Part shown: one piece after another, positions 1 to 14,267 of the stretch
Numbering within the stretch: position 1 is the first letter of the stretch
How the letters are laid out: the number at the start of each line of letters is the position of its first letter
NCBI GenBank assembly: GCA_013265495.1
Contig: MU057796.1
Span: 186,001 to 250,000 of the forward strand
DNA length: 64,000 bases
Reading direction: 5' to 3'
Source: Vicugna vicugna
Lineage: Eukaryota
Program-made: the position numbers and the translations under genes
Notes under the pieces: model-generated
The model's input: only the letters and a program-made list of their open reading frames with translations
Told to the model about the DNA's origin: nothing
Databases searched by the model: none

Positions 1-1400
<1,400 letters not shown>

Positions 1401-1594
1401 AAAGCAGAATTTATTCCAAAGACCCAATTCAGTGTCAGAATTCTTCCAAGGTGAAAGGCGAATATCCTAAATGTATAAGAGAAAGGACAAAATACCCTGT
1501 CCCTCCCCCTTCCTACCACTTCTCACTTCTAGAGGAATTCAGAAGTAAGTATCTTAAGGGACCCTAAGGTCGGGTAGAACAAAAGAGGGGAAAA

Positions 1595-1613
1595 TGGCCA
1601 CCAGGAGGCACTG
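1595..1613 (+). promoter_or_regulatory. Candidate CTCF binding site
   Basis: TGGCCACCAGGAGGCACTG matches 16/19 positions of the CTCF core consensus TGGCCACCAGGGGGCGCTA and lies just outside the CpG island. Confidence 0.6.
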
Positions 1614-3907
1614 ACAGGGTTGTTTATTACAGTTATTACGCATGAAAATAATATTAAGATATATAAAAATTATTACAGAGTAGTGGGATAGTTATAGGTA
1701 AGTGGCTAAAGAGGGCATGACTCACTGTACCAAAATAGAGCTATTCTGTCACACTAACAAAATGGTTTTATGAACAGCCCCTGAGCAGGCAGCAAGGAGG
1801 CACCCATTTATTTACAAATTGGCTGTCTTCTGACTCAAAGGTTAGGTCTGGCAAATCCTATCAGGCTGAAGAGACTGTTTTTAGAGGTATTCATTCAAAT
1901 GGAATTAAGATTCCAGTTTTACCAGCCAAGAGATAAAAGCACACATCTTTAAGCATCTGGAAATTGCAGTTGCATGAAAAGCCAGGGAATGGTACGTTAA
2001 ATTAGATTAAATGTTGATCCTGAATCCAGATATAGACTCCAAAAAAACCATTCCATGTATGTGTTCTAGGTACATTTTGTTTTTAAAGTTATTTCCTTGT
2101 TTGGAGTGTAGAGTTCTTTGTATTGTCCTGGCGTGTACATTCTGTGAGGTTCAGGGGGATAAAAGGCAAAAAAGCTGACCTTTTAATCTTTAATGCTTCC
2201 CATTGGCATTATTAAGCTGCTGTTTCTACAAAAGGTGAGCAACAAGTAATTCAGAAAAGCAAATACAGTAGATTTTCTAGTTTAGCATGGACTATTTTGC
2301 AAAAGGGCTATTGCAATATTATTGTTAGGGAATTTTATCTCTAGAATAGACCTATTTCGTAAAGTCTGGTCTGCAGGCAGTTGCAAGTGAGAAATCCTAT
2401 CAAATCTTTTTTTAATTAATCTTAAGTAAAGAGTTTATCCTTGATTTTCAATTATGCTCTTGTCTGATCACTTCTTAGATGGCAGTTTCCCCCCTCTGAG
2501 CTGACCTAATTTGTTTTCATAAAACAGAAGCTCAGAGATCCATGTCAGTGTGATGTTCTATGGATTAAGTGGATTTGAGAAACACACAAAAAATTAAACT
2601 AAAATTGCAGTTCACTCTAGGATAGAGGAATGCCCCTGGTCCGTAACCATATGAGAACCGCTTTATTTATGCTTTGTGTTGAATGCAGGATCACAGATGG
2701 AAACATCAAAGGCCAGTAAATTAACCTAATGCGCCACTTAACCTTTTGTTTATGATTCCACAGAAGTACAATGAAAATGAAATTATGAGAACATCAGTCG
2801 CAATTAATTAAATTAGCAAATGTTGCCATAAATATTGTCTCTAATGATAAACCCTCACTAATCAGATAATGCGAAGGCAACATGACCTATTACATCCTCA
2901 CAAACACAGCACTAAAAGGACCACAGTTCTCATATCCCCCGTGAAACCATCAACCGAAATTTGATCTTATCATGTGTTAAGAGCCCATGACAGTGCATAT
3001 TAAAGGTATAAGTTGGACTCAAATAGCTTTACATGGAGATGGGAAATATTTAAGTGTTTGTATACTTTTAGCAGGAAACCTGAATAAAAAACACTGCTAT
3101 TTGAATCCAGCCACTATAATACCACTCTGATAAGCCACTAATAAAAACTAAAACTGGCTCAAGACTAGAACTATAAAATAATTAAAGACCAATTTTTATA
3201 CTGAGAATTTATTAGTTGTGGCACCAATGAACATGAGAGATACTGGAAACAACGGACAGTTTGTGGGCTGATACTCATTTATTAGCAAGATTAGTGAAAT
3301 GTCAAATTAGTTATCTTTTTAGGGCCTGTGAAATGTGCACTAAAGATCAGCAGAATCTAAATAGTTAACTTATAAGATGAAAAGATATTAGAGTACATTT
3401 AGGTAGAAATGGGTATGTCAGGCTAAGGAAAGCGTGCATGCATCCATCCTATTCTTAGAGAAAATGCTGAAATCAGTGTACATTTAGGAACCCGAAAATA
3501 GCCTCCAGGGTGGATACATTACCTTCCTCAATAGTTTGATGGCTCAAAGGGAGAATTGTTGGCAGGTACTGGGCTGAATACCAGAGCTTAAAATTTCAAG
3601 TCCCATTATACCTCTAGAGCACGATCAGGTGAGCAGGTGTACTAAAATCGTGCAGAGTACGCTGGAGTGCGGCAGGTATTTAATTGGGAGAGTCTTATGG
3701 TACGGTATAGGTTAAAATCTCAGAGAATCACTTCCATTAAAAAGCAGCCACACTGGCTTTATCCAACAAAGGATGTGAAAACCGTAAGGATAACCTTCCA
3801 GTCTGCGGGATCACACCCATACATTTGCAGGTTTTCGTGGTAACACCTACTGAATAAAAATGGTCACATTTCCATGGGCTTGTGGTTATACCCTATAGAA
3901 TAAAAAC

Positions 3908-3963
3908 TGCATTTCATATATATATATATGCATTTCATATATATGAAATATATATATATATAT
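3908..3963. repeat. (TA)n microsatellite with duplicated TGCATTTCATATATAT unit and an 18-bp perfect palindrome
   Basis: Read directly; ATTTCATATATATGAAAT at 3932-3949 is self-complementary. Confidence 0.9.
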
Positions 3964-5929
3964 TTTTAAGATTGTTGTCTCTAAATCAAGTGATTTTAAT
4001 AAATCCCAGTTCCCAAATGTCCTCACTTAGCAAACAGTATTAAACCACAATACCCATGGAACTTAATACTAAAAACCTAAAGCACAAAATAAAAATGTGC
4101 CTGGTTATTAATAATAGGTGAGAAGCATATTCTGGATTGATAATTAATATATTACTAATATGGCTAATTTTTCTTTTGTATTTTAATTTTTCTCACCCAT
4201 TAGAAATTACACATTAAAAAAAAAGTCAGTTCGAAAATAGTACTACTCTTCTTGTCAATTTTTTTTTTCCCTCTGGAAATTAATGACTAGTTGACATTAA
4301 TGAATCAGAGCATCCAGCTCCTCCAAGCTTGTGATTAATTCTTAGGAAATATTATGACATTAAATTGTATTATTACTTAATAGTCAAAACAGATCACCTC
4401 ACTAAATTGATGTATACATTAAAGCCTGCTTTTGAGTATAATTACATGGTATATTGCTTTGTTTATTAGTGGCCAGTCAGCACAGTGTTAAGTAATTCTA
4501 TATCTTTTGAGGCCTTTCTTTTCTCCTTTTGCTATATGATATCCAGAAAGAAATTTTTAAACTACTACTCAAATTACTTTACAAGTTCAGCAGTGTCAAA
4601 AAGCCTTCTCCTTTTTTAACATTTCAGCATTAATGTGAGAACGTACCACATGAAAATTTAATTTGCAAACCTATCATTTAAATTTTGAAAGAAAGGCAGA
4701 GAAATTCTTGGCTTAGGTCTCATTTCCCTCATTTTGCCAAGTGATAGAATCCAGCATATTGTACCCCAAGTCATGCATTATTACATAGAGCAGGTTTACA
4801 AAACCACTAAATCACTTGCTATGTTATTCAGGGAAATATCATTACAGTAGAATAGAAACAAGCCACAAAGTAGATGTTTTACTGCAATAAATCAAGTACA
4901 AGTCTGCCTATTGAGAAATTTTTTTCCAAGGCAGAATTAAAATATAGCTAAATGGATATGAAGCCTAGTTTGAGTTGAGGATTTGACAGAATGTTCGTAT
5001 TACTTGATATGATAGGCAATTTGACTGTTTGCAAATGTCTGTCAGCTCCCTAATGAGATCGCGGGCTCAACTTGGGTGGATTATAAGCATCTATCCTCAA
5101 AGCAAAGCAAACACTTAGAATCACCTAAATGTAAGAGGGTATTCCATGAGATCATTCAAAAATTCTAGAAATTTTAGAGACTTCAAATCATGGAAATTTA
5201 GATCCTTCTATAACTTTTAGATATGTTGACATTAGATAATTTAAGTGTGTGCATTACAATGAAGTGATAAAAAGACACAAATAGGAAAATGAACTCTGGA
5301 AACTTGAGTGATAGAACCAAAGATGTCTAAATGAGTTAAGCTTCGGGTACGGGGGGGTTTTCCTTGAATTTAGATTTTGGAAGCCCCAAATCAAAAGGAT
5401 TTCTTCTTTTTTTTCTTCCTGTATGGTAGAGTAGTGGTATTTCTCCAAGTCTTTACGTACTGTGGATTTCAATTTTCTAATAGTCATGAGGACCAACTGC
5501 AGTCTGGATTGAACTTCCGTCCTCATAAACAGCTGGTTAGAATATAGCTGCTTGACTTAAATTAAAATGCAAAAATTACTATTATTTCCATTTCAAAAAC
5601 TCATTGGGCACAGAGATACAAGGAATTCAAAAAAAAGTAGTGATTTAGGAAGAGAACAGATTATTGGTATGCATTGTTTACAACATACAGTAAAAGAAAA
5701 AATAAAAGACTGCTAGAATGACCCTCACAAAGCACTGTTTTCTCCTTTCCAATAACATAAGTGAAACTCTTACAAAGATATCCTCATAAAGCCTCAAGGC
5801 CGAGGTGTACTTTCCTGTGCTAAATTCTGTGCTTTGACAGCCACTCTGCTTACGATGCTGTGTGAATGGGGGAGGGGGGGAGCCCTGAGAACTCTCTTAC
5901 AAATTCTAACTCTTGTCTGCTTCATGTAG

Positions 5930-6109
<180 letters not shown>

Positions 6110-6820
6110 TCACGCAAAAACTAAGCTGATGATTCTGAGTTTGGACACTGGATTCGTATGGCTAACGTCAGTGAATCGAGGATCCCAGGGGATGCCAGAT
6201 GCAGGGCACCTCAGTTGTGTATATGTGGGGAATTCAAATGCTACCTGATTCACATCTGTATACTCAGAAACATGTAAAAAAAATATTAAAAGCAAGATAA
6301 GCAGATGTGTGATCCACTACCGCCAAAGCAAATACTCCTTATCGTTAGTGTCCATGTGAATGAAGTCCTATATAGATCACAAATTTTTATAGAAAAATCT
6401 AAGACACGGAATTATTTCTTATGCTTATTACTCGGAGTCCATTCATATTGTGGGAAGAATGATTTTTTACCCTGCAGGAGACAGTCTAATTGAAATAATG
6501 CTGCTTGTCCCCAAAGAAATTGTTTGCCTTGTCCTCTTGTTAACTTTAGAGCTAGACCTGGGAGTGATTCAACTTCAAGCCTTAACCTGGAATTTTCTGG
6601 ATCTGAGGGAATTCCCAAGCCTATGATCATTTTTTCACATTTTCTTTTTCCTATGAATTTTCTTTCCTCTCTTTTCTGGTGATAGTCTTTAAAAAAAAAA
6701 ATGGAGACTGAAATTGTATCATAGGATGACCCTCTAAGTGTGAAAATGTGTAATTATGTGTGGTATTTACAAAATCCCCCGTGTCTGGTTTGTCAATAGA
6801 ATGTGTTTAGATTTACTTGG
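6110..6820 (+). other. C1QL3: Probable C1QL3 3' UTR (end inferred)
   Basis: Follows the stop codon. Candidate variant poly(A) signals are ATTAAA (6285-6290) and AATAGA (6795-6800). Confidence 0.55.
6795..6800 (+). terminator. Candidate variant poly(A) signal (AATAGA) for C1QL3
   Basis: Variant hexamer followed 35-50 nt later by U/GU-rich sequence (tttattctttggtgtt). Confidence 0.4.
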
Positions 6821-9276
6821 AAAGTCAGAGAAGTTTATTCTTTGGTGTTAAATCAGACTGAGGCTTTCGCCTTCTTTGGAACACAAGATTATTCATAACC
6901 CAACGCACCTAGGTTTAATTTGCATGCGTCACCAAGGGGACACTAAGTAAGGCCTTCAAATAGTTACTACAAGTCATGGCCTGAAGTTATTTCAAAATGA
7001 ACGATTTCACGTATAACCAATATGACAACAAAGTGTATATATTTTATACAAATACCTGCTACATATATATGTATGTATATATGTGTTAGATGAAATATAA
7101 TACATATATGGCTTCAGACCATTGACACAGTGGCTGTAGATCCCCAAACATTTAATTTTTAAAAATGTATGTGTATGCTCACACACAAACATGCACAAAT
7201 CATTTGACTTATTTTGGATTGAAATATATTTTGGAAGATGAAAAATATAGAGAGTAGCAAAATAATTTAAATGGCTTCTCTTTTAAGAGTTATCCAGAAA
7301 ATTAAATCTTATTAGGTTAAAATGCCCCATAAGTCACATGTCTGTAAATTAAGCCTATGGCTTTATCTTTATCACGGGATGCCAATCAATATTTCTGCTG
7401 CGTCCTGTGGCCGACTGTTACTGTTCGCAATGCAGAGACAAAGAATAGTTGTCCTTCGCAATGTTTGTGAATTACCTGCAGTGGAATTATCAGTTTTTTT
7501 CTTTTTTCTCGGGTGATCTGAAGCTGACTGTAAAGTAGATTTTGAGAGTAGTGCAAATCCTTCCTCTCTGGTTAAAGGACACTGCCGAAAGCCATCTCTT
7601 TAAGAAAAAGATTTAAGATTCTTATTGAGATATCCTAATTACCAGACAACTTCCCCTATGACAATGAAAAATCTGTTCCATTCTCAGTTGCCTTTGAAGA
7701 CTCTTTGACAAGTAGATTTCAAAAACAAGAGATTTCAAAATCTGCCTGTTTTACTGACAAAGGACATTTGCATTTTTTCATTTAAAGGAATTAGTTTGTT
7801 CTCCTGGCTCATTCCTCTTGGGTACTTTCTGTTCTAATACACAGAAAGCTTGATCATGTTTGATCCACAGAACCATTTTTTATTTAGCAAACCTCAACTT
7901 TCCGAAAGAGTTATGCCTGGTGTTCCCATCTGAAGGTGCTGTTTGCTCGGTGTAAACACCTTGGTCGGAGTAACTGTCATGATTGATAAAGATTAAAAAC
8001 ACTTAGCCTGTTCATCAAGAATAATGACTATTTCTGTTTGGCCTTTCTACTACGTAAGATAACATAAGGGAGTTGCAATGGATTTTACTTCCATTTAACT
8101 ATATATTTGTCGAAGAGGAATTAGCAACAAGGGTTTGAGGTTTTGGGTTGTTTTTTTTTTAGGTGATAAATAGCATAGTGAAAGATTCCACCAAAAGATT
8201 AGTTTATAAACAGCAGTGCACATCAACTAAGAGTTTTAACTAAGAGTTTCACAAAAGGCTTTATTTACAGAAAACATCAGGGCTGGATACCTTTTAAAGA
8301 GTCGGCTCTGGAATCAGACTGTCATTTCTAATAGATCTGACCTTTTCTTCAGATAAATAAGCATTATTTTCTCTGTTTAGGCCCAAGGAAAAACAAAAGG
8401 TAAAGGACATAAAGGGAATATATATATAAGGCAAACATTTCTCTTTTTTTTTGCATTATATATTATTAATTAAATTGTGGCCTTTGTTATTATAAATGTA
8501 ATGATTCATTAAACTATATTATGTAATATATTTTGAATTTTATGATTGGGTTTTTACAATTGAGTACTATGTTATGTGTTTATGTCCCCCTTACACAAAT
8601 TTTAGGAAACACAACCAACTTTATAGGAAAATGGATACCAGAAAGCCACAGGCAACAAGAGAGATTTATTATAAGTATGTATAGATAGGTGCCCAGCATA
8701 TAATCAACCTCCCACAATATTTTTACCATTTTGAATTGGTAATTGTAGTAGAATATCCTTTGAAAAAAAAAAGTCTCAAAATTTAACTTTCCTTGCTGCA
8801 GAAGCTATGTTAAAGTGCCATATTATTCATTACGCATTAATTAAAGAACAGCAGGGTAATTAGTAGAATCATCAATATTACCGGAAACATTAGATTGCTC
8901 CAGACGGGGGTAATTTGACGAGAAACACTTTAAATTTTCTCAAGTAGAGTGTGGCTAATAGATTAAGAAAGCCAAACAAAAGAAAGCAAAGCTCCACTAA
9001 GTGGGTATAGACTATAAATCATTGTTTGGAAATCGGGACCTTTGTATTTATTTTGGTAAGGAGAAACAATAGGGCTTAATTAGGCTTAGTTAACTCCCTA
9101 AAGGTGCAGCCTTAACGGCCAGTTTCTGAGAAGGTAGAATCCTTCTCATTCTCATAAAAAGGAAATGCTCTGTGATTAGTCCTGTGTGGCTCCGATGAAT
9201 AGCTCAAGGCGGGTTTGAACTCATTGTACGTTCCTTGCAAGCTTTACAGTCCAGGTGTGAATGTGTAACACTCGTC
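6815..9276 (-). other. PTER: Probable PTER 3' UTR (end inferred; several alternative poly(A) signals)
   Basis: Follows TAG at 9279-9277; five minus-strand AATAAA hexamers in this interval. Confidence 0.55.
6834..6839 (-). terminator. Candidate distal poly(A) signal (AATAAA) for PTER
   Basis: TTTATT on + strand, about 2.44 kb past the PTER stop. More proximal minus-strand AATAAA hexamers occur at 7879-7884, 8260-8265, 8665-8670 and 9047-9052. Confidence 0.5.
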
Positions 9277-9487
9277 CTACTTGAAAGTGAGCCATCGCTT
9301 AGGGTTCTCGATCAGTATCTTATCAAGTGCGTCCTCAGTTATACCTCTGAGCAACATTTTAGGAACGATGTTGGTGAATATGTGAGAATAGCCGTGACCT
9401 CCGTATTTTGTCAGCCGATGTTTCGTGTGTATATCGTGGGCCATCAGAATTCGGTCTTCATAGCCCTCGTCCACCAGAAGACGCACC
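9277..9487 (-). CDS. PTER: Phosphotriesterase-related protein, last coding exon (211 nt including stop)
   Basis: Acceptor ttttcacag| at 9488. Reads (R)[69 protein letters not shown]. Contains the AHD metal-ligand Asp298 and the ENP motif of the PTE family. Confidence 0.97.
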
Positions 9488-10828
9488 CTGTGAAAACACG
9501 TTCACTCATGATGTGGCGTTGGTCTCACATTTACAGTTCTCAGGATGCTTTAAACTTTTTACTCCTAAACCTGCTGTGTTGGAAAGATACCATCTTCCAC
9601 TGTGGCACGTGTCCTGGGAGACCCTTAATCCGTGTTGCGTGGTGATGATAAAGATATTACTGCATCCGAGTCGGAACGTGACCCTTGTTCCCGGCACACA
9701 GAAATTTCTAGCCTGTGATATTTATGACCATGCCTGGCAATACTGCATTCAAGATAGCTTCTAATAAATAGGATGTGCCTGTTTGAATAAATGGCCACTT
9801 TAGCATTTTATGAAATAACTGTATTCTGGATTCATACCCAGCTCTCCATTCTAAAATGCCCCTCTTCGTGGGTCCATTTTTCAGATCTCATTCTCTCTGT
9901 TTCTCCTTTTTTCTAGCAAATAAAATCAGTGACTATTTGTGGTTAAAATAGGGAAACCAAAGGAATCTTTGTACAGGTAAAACATTCTGACAGTAAAATC
10001 AGCTGGTTTGAAAATGAAGGGCCTATGCTGAGATAGTTAAATCACTTTTAAAAGGTCAGTTATGGTCCCTCTGCATCAGTCCCTTTGAAACTGTTGGGAA
10101 CTTTGACTTAGGAGCAGTCTCGGAGCAGTGGGTGAAATTGGCCAATGAAAATCAGCTCTGCGTTCCTTCCATTTCAGCAAGATGGCTACAACTAACTGGC
10201 TGCTCCTTTAAATGTATAGTCAGTTGACTAAGGAACGGCTTCCTGCCTATTGTCTAAACACCTAATCCTCTTTGCTTCGTTAACTGCTGTAATCTGTAGT
10301 GTGAGTCACCTCCTGACAGCCACCATCTGTATGTGTCTGGATGCTGGGCAGTGTCTGCCGTGACTTCTATGAGTCTCTGACGGCAGGAGATGCAACTTGG
10401 AGACAATGCCTGGTCTCTGGCATTTTTTCTCTAGTCTTGTCAGTCTCTAGATTCCCAAATGGACTGACAGCTCCTTCCTCCAAGGGCTAATTATTTGGAA
10501 GGTGATTTTTGTTAGTTTGTTTCCATAGCATTTCTGGGCATTCTAGTGCCTGAGTCATCTTTAAATAGCTACTACAGTCAGCAAGATGTGGACCACTACA
10601 CCAAAAAAAAAAAAACAACAAAACAACAAAAAACTCAAGCACACAGCCTTGCCCTCTGAGAACATACATTTTCAAATAAATCATACTTGAAGATTAGATC
10701 TTGTGTTTGTAGGTCAAAGGAATGCCAGAAAAGAGCCAACCTGGGCTTTCTGTCTAGAAATCTGCCCCAGGCGTGTCCTAAAAGTTCCTGGAGCGGTATT
10801 TGTGCCACTGTCATTACTTGCCTCTTTA

Positions 10829-11064
10829 TTTCTTTTTATTGAGGTATAGTTGATGTCCAATATTATACGTTATAGACGTACAGTATAGTGATTCACAATT
10901 TTTAAAGGTTATACTATATTTATAGTTATTATAAAATATTGACTATATTCCTTGTGTTGCTAAATATATCCTTGTAGCTTATTTTATACCTAACAGTTTA
11001 TACCCCTTAATGCCCTTCTCCGACACCCCCCATACCCCTGCCTGCCCCCTTAATAGGGGTAGGG
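10829..11064 (-). mobile_element. 5'-truncated L1 3' end with target-site duplication
   Basis: Typical artiodactyl L1 3' UTR in antisense (ttttattgaggtatagttgat...). TSD CATTAYTTGCCTCTTTA at 10812-10828 and 11065-11081 (17 nt, 1 mismatch). Confidence 0.85.
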
Positions 11065-13499
11065 CATTATTTGCCTCTTTAAAATTTGTATAATGTCCAA
11101 AAGTTCTGATCTGAAGTTACTTTTGAAACAAAGTCTCCTTAAGGGAATTATCTAAGACAATTGTATGATCATTTATGAAAAAAGAGGAGGTTGGAACAGA
11201 TGCATACACAGTGCTAAAACTAAGTGTGACAAACCTTTATCCACAACTGAAAGGGAGTGTCACATTACAGGAAATTTTAGATTACACTTTTCCCTGCTTG
11301 TTTTCTGAGCATTTCTCAACGTTTTTGTCTCTTTTCCTTTGATGAAAAAAAAAAAACATACGCTATCTTATTCCTCCAGAGGCATATCGCAGAGATAGAC
11401 AAATTCCTTCAAGAGGCCAGTGTCATCTCCTGAAATACAAAGATGTTGACTTGTGAAATAGTAAGGAAGGATACTCATTTGAAAATGGGAAACGTTAGAA
11501 CTCGTTAAGTCAAGAATCTGGAGATGAGTTATCTCACGAGAAAGAGAACGTGATGGCTCTGGAAACCTAATTATATCCTACTATCAAGAAAAACTGCCTG
11601 GTCACTTCTAAAATAAGAGACCACCTCTCATGCTGTGCTATTGTGCGGAAGAACAGTAGATCCAGAGAAGCTGCCAGAAGGCAGGAACCACTACAGATGA
11701 GAAAACAACAGTAATTATAGAAATACAAATGAGTTAGTGTTTTGCAAACAAATATTAGAGAGAGACTACAAAGTGTGAAAAGCCAGCAATATAATAAGAT
11801 TTGAGAAGTGGAGCAGAAGATTAAAAACAGGTGTTAGACACAGAATTTCTGGGGCTGAAAACCAGAGGTAGGCAGAGGAGTGCTTCTCTGTTCTCGTACT
11901 TCAAAGCTTTGAGATGACTGAGGCTCAGAGAAGGACTGCTGATGAATGATGAAATTCGAGTGCCCAAGATATGGGGACAAGGAAGTACTGGCACATGCAC
12001 AACCCAAAAGGCCATTTAGTCATTACCGTGAGCTGTACTTGAGTCCAGTGACCTAATGCATGGTTTTAATTTATGAAAAATTAAGGATACGTAGATGCAC
12101 AAATGCACATGTGCATATATGTAATTTTTTATGTATTTCCATACATACAGAAGGTTTACATTTGGCCCCGTGAAAATGGACCAAAATTAAGTTCTTGCTC
12201 TAGAATTGATAGCTAAAGGTGCTAAGAAGGACTATTGGAGGAGATGCTGGTCATCCTTCCCGATATCGCCTTCATAGACTGCCCTCTGTAGATCCCCTCT
12301 CTTATTCCGGAAGGTCTGGGAGCCTCGTGGAAGGCGTAGAGGGGCAAGAAATGCACCTCACTGCGACAAAGTGCTTAGAGAAGGAAAGCAGGTCCTGGGA
12401 GCAAACTTCCTATTTCCAAGATGAGCTGTAACACGTGTGTCGAGGGCGTGCGTCAGGAAATTACGGTTTTGAGATCATGAAAGATGAGAAAGATCTACCA
12501 CACCACCCCATTTTAAATTCCAGAGAACATTCACCTCTGAGTATGGTCCAAACTGGTAGGGCCCTTAGGAAACCTGTTTGTCTGTATTGAATGCTGCTCC
12601 TCCGCAAGTAAATCGAAATCATAAAACAAAACAGACTAACAAGAAACAATAAATCTGTTTGTCAAAGAACTGATCTGAGTAGTAACAACAACAACAACAA
12701 AAGGCTGACCTGTTGGTCAGGACAGTGAAAGCAGCTTGGTTATGCAGCGCTGAGGGTCTCCATATTTATGTAACTACCGTAACACTGATGGGCTAACTCT
12801 CTCTGATGATATTAAACTTGAAGCATATTTCGCTGTTGATGAGCTCATCCAGGAGGGGTGCCAATACACAGGGACAGCAGAAGGCATCATGTAAAGATGG
12901 GCTTCCCAGGGGAAAGACCCCAAGGCTGTCTCAGCTGTGGCCACTGGCTCAAGACCTCCCCCTCAGCCCCAGTGTACGTATGTTACCTCCTGCTCCTTGA
13001 GCCTCACGCTTTCTGGACATCACTTCTCTACTCCGGTTTGGCTCACTCCCATTCCAACCAGTTTTCTACACCCAGAAGCCAGTTCTGCTGCTTGTCATCA
13101 TGCAAAACTACTTCCGCTCTGAAACCTTCAGTTTCCCGCTCTGACCATGAGTTACATCTTTCTACTTTTTTGCTCACCTTCTTCTACTCTGTGTATTCAC
13201 CCACTTCATCAAACCATCCAGGTGTCTGCCCCTGCTGTGTTACTCCTATACATCTCTCCGTTTCTCTGTGCACTTTCTTCCCTCCAACTTGGACCTCAGG
13301 ACTCTCAGCTCAACTCCTCCCTCATTCTCCCGGATATCAGCCATGTTTTTCAGACAGAGTCCCAAATCTTGAGCTCTCTGTTTACATCTTTTACTTCTAC
13401 TCACAAAACTTCTTCAGTCCTGCTACCAAAACAAAACATTTTTAAGGAAAATAATCACCAAATCATGCATATTGGTGCCAATATATATATAGTCATGTA

Positions 13500-14250
13500 G
13501 TCATGATCTCTAGCCTCAACAGGGCCTTTCACACAACGTGTCCTTAGTCAGTATCTTAGTCAGTATTCATTCACTCAACATCCATTCCCAGCCTTCATCC
13601 TCCTCTACAACATCCTGCCCTGAATCCATTCTTTCTTTCTCAGGAGATGACCGTGTCTCCTTCATGGGGACACTAAAGATCATAGTGGGGATCTATGTCC
13701 TCAGTTTCCTGTTCTTCTCACCAAGACATTGATCTGCATTCACCCACTGTTTGCCTTGCCTCCTTTCATTTAAATGGAGAAAGTATACCTCCTTTCAGCT
13801 GACTTTCTGTTGGCTTCCCAGATTCCATCAATTTGTCTCCTTAGGAGCCCTGCTCTATATCTCTAATCTGTCCAGATTTTTTTAAGTTACCATTGATCAC
13901 TTCCATATTCCACCCCAGACACTCCTCTGAACGCTGTGTACTTTATTTCATACACATTCTAGAACATCCCTGTACAACAGGCATTACTTGGCTAGATTCA
14001 TTCTCTCTGTCCATCTCTCTGCTTTTGCTCTCAGTCACATAAACATTGCTCAACTCCTAATAAAACCTTCCTCTGGTCCTGTCTGGTCTTCTAGCTCCAG
14101 CCCTATATCCCTGCTTCCCTTTGCTACCGAGCTTCTTGAAAGAGAACCCTCTGTGGTCTCTGTCCTCCTCCTCACTTCTACTCATCCCTCAGGCCTTTCC
14201 CACCAAGACTGCACTTGCTGATTCGGAAATGTGAACTTCTTGCTTGTGAA
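13500..14250 (+). mobile_element. Old L2 LINE fragment, continuing at about 15675-16220 after the L1 insertion
   Basis: Degenerate pyrimidine-rich L2-like sequence whose text resumes after the L1 TSD. Confidence 0.55.
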
Positions 14251-14267
14251 ATCCAATGGATACTTTT

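Noticed and set aside
8225..8250. Short tandem duplication AACTAAGAGTTT x2
   Set aside because: Ordinary slippage duplication with no evidence of function.
9235..9764. 136-aa and 118-aa + strand ORFs
   Set aside because: Antisense shadow of the PTER last exon and adjacent intron; no recognisable protein.
12858..13500. 195-aa and 117-aa ORFs
   Set aside because: Ser/Leu/Pro-rich translation of pyrimidine-rich, probably old repeat-derived intron; non-ATG start for the longer one and no domain.
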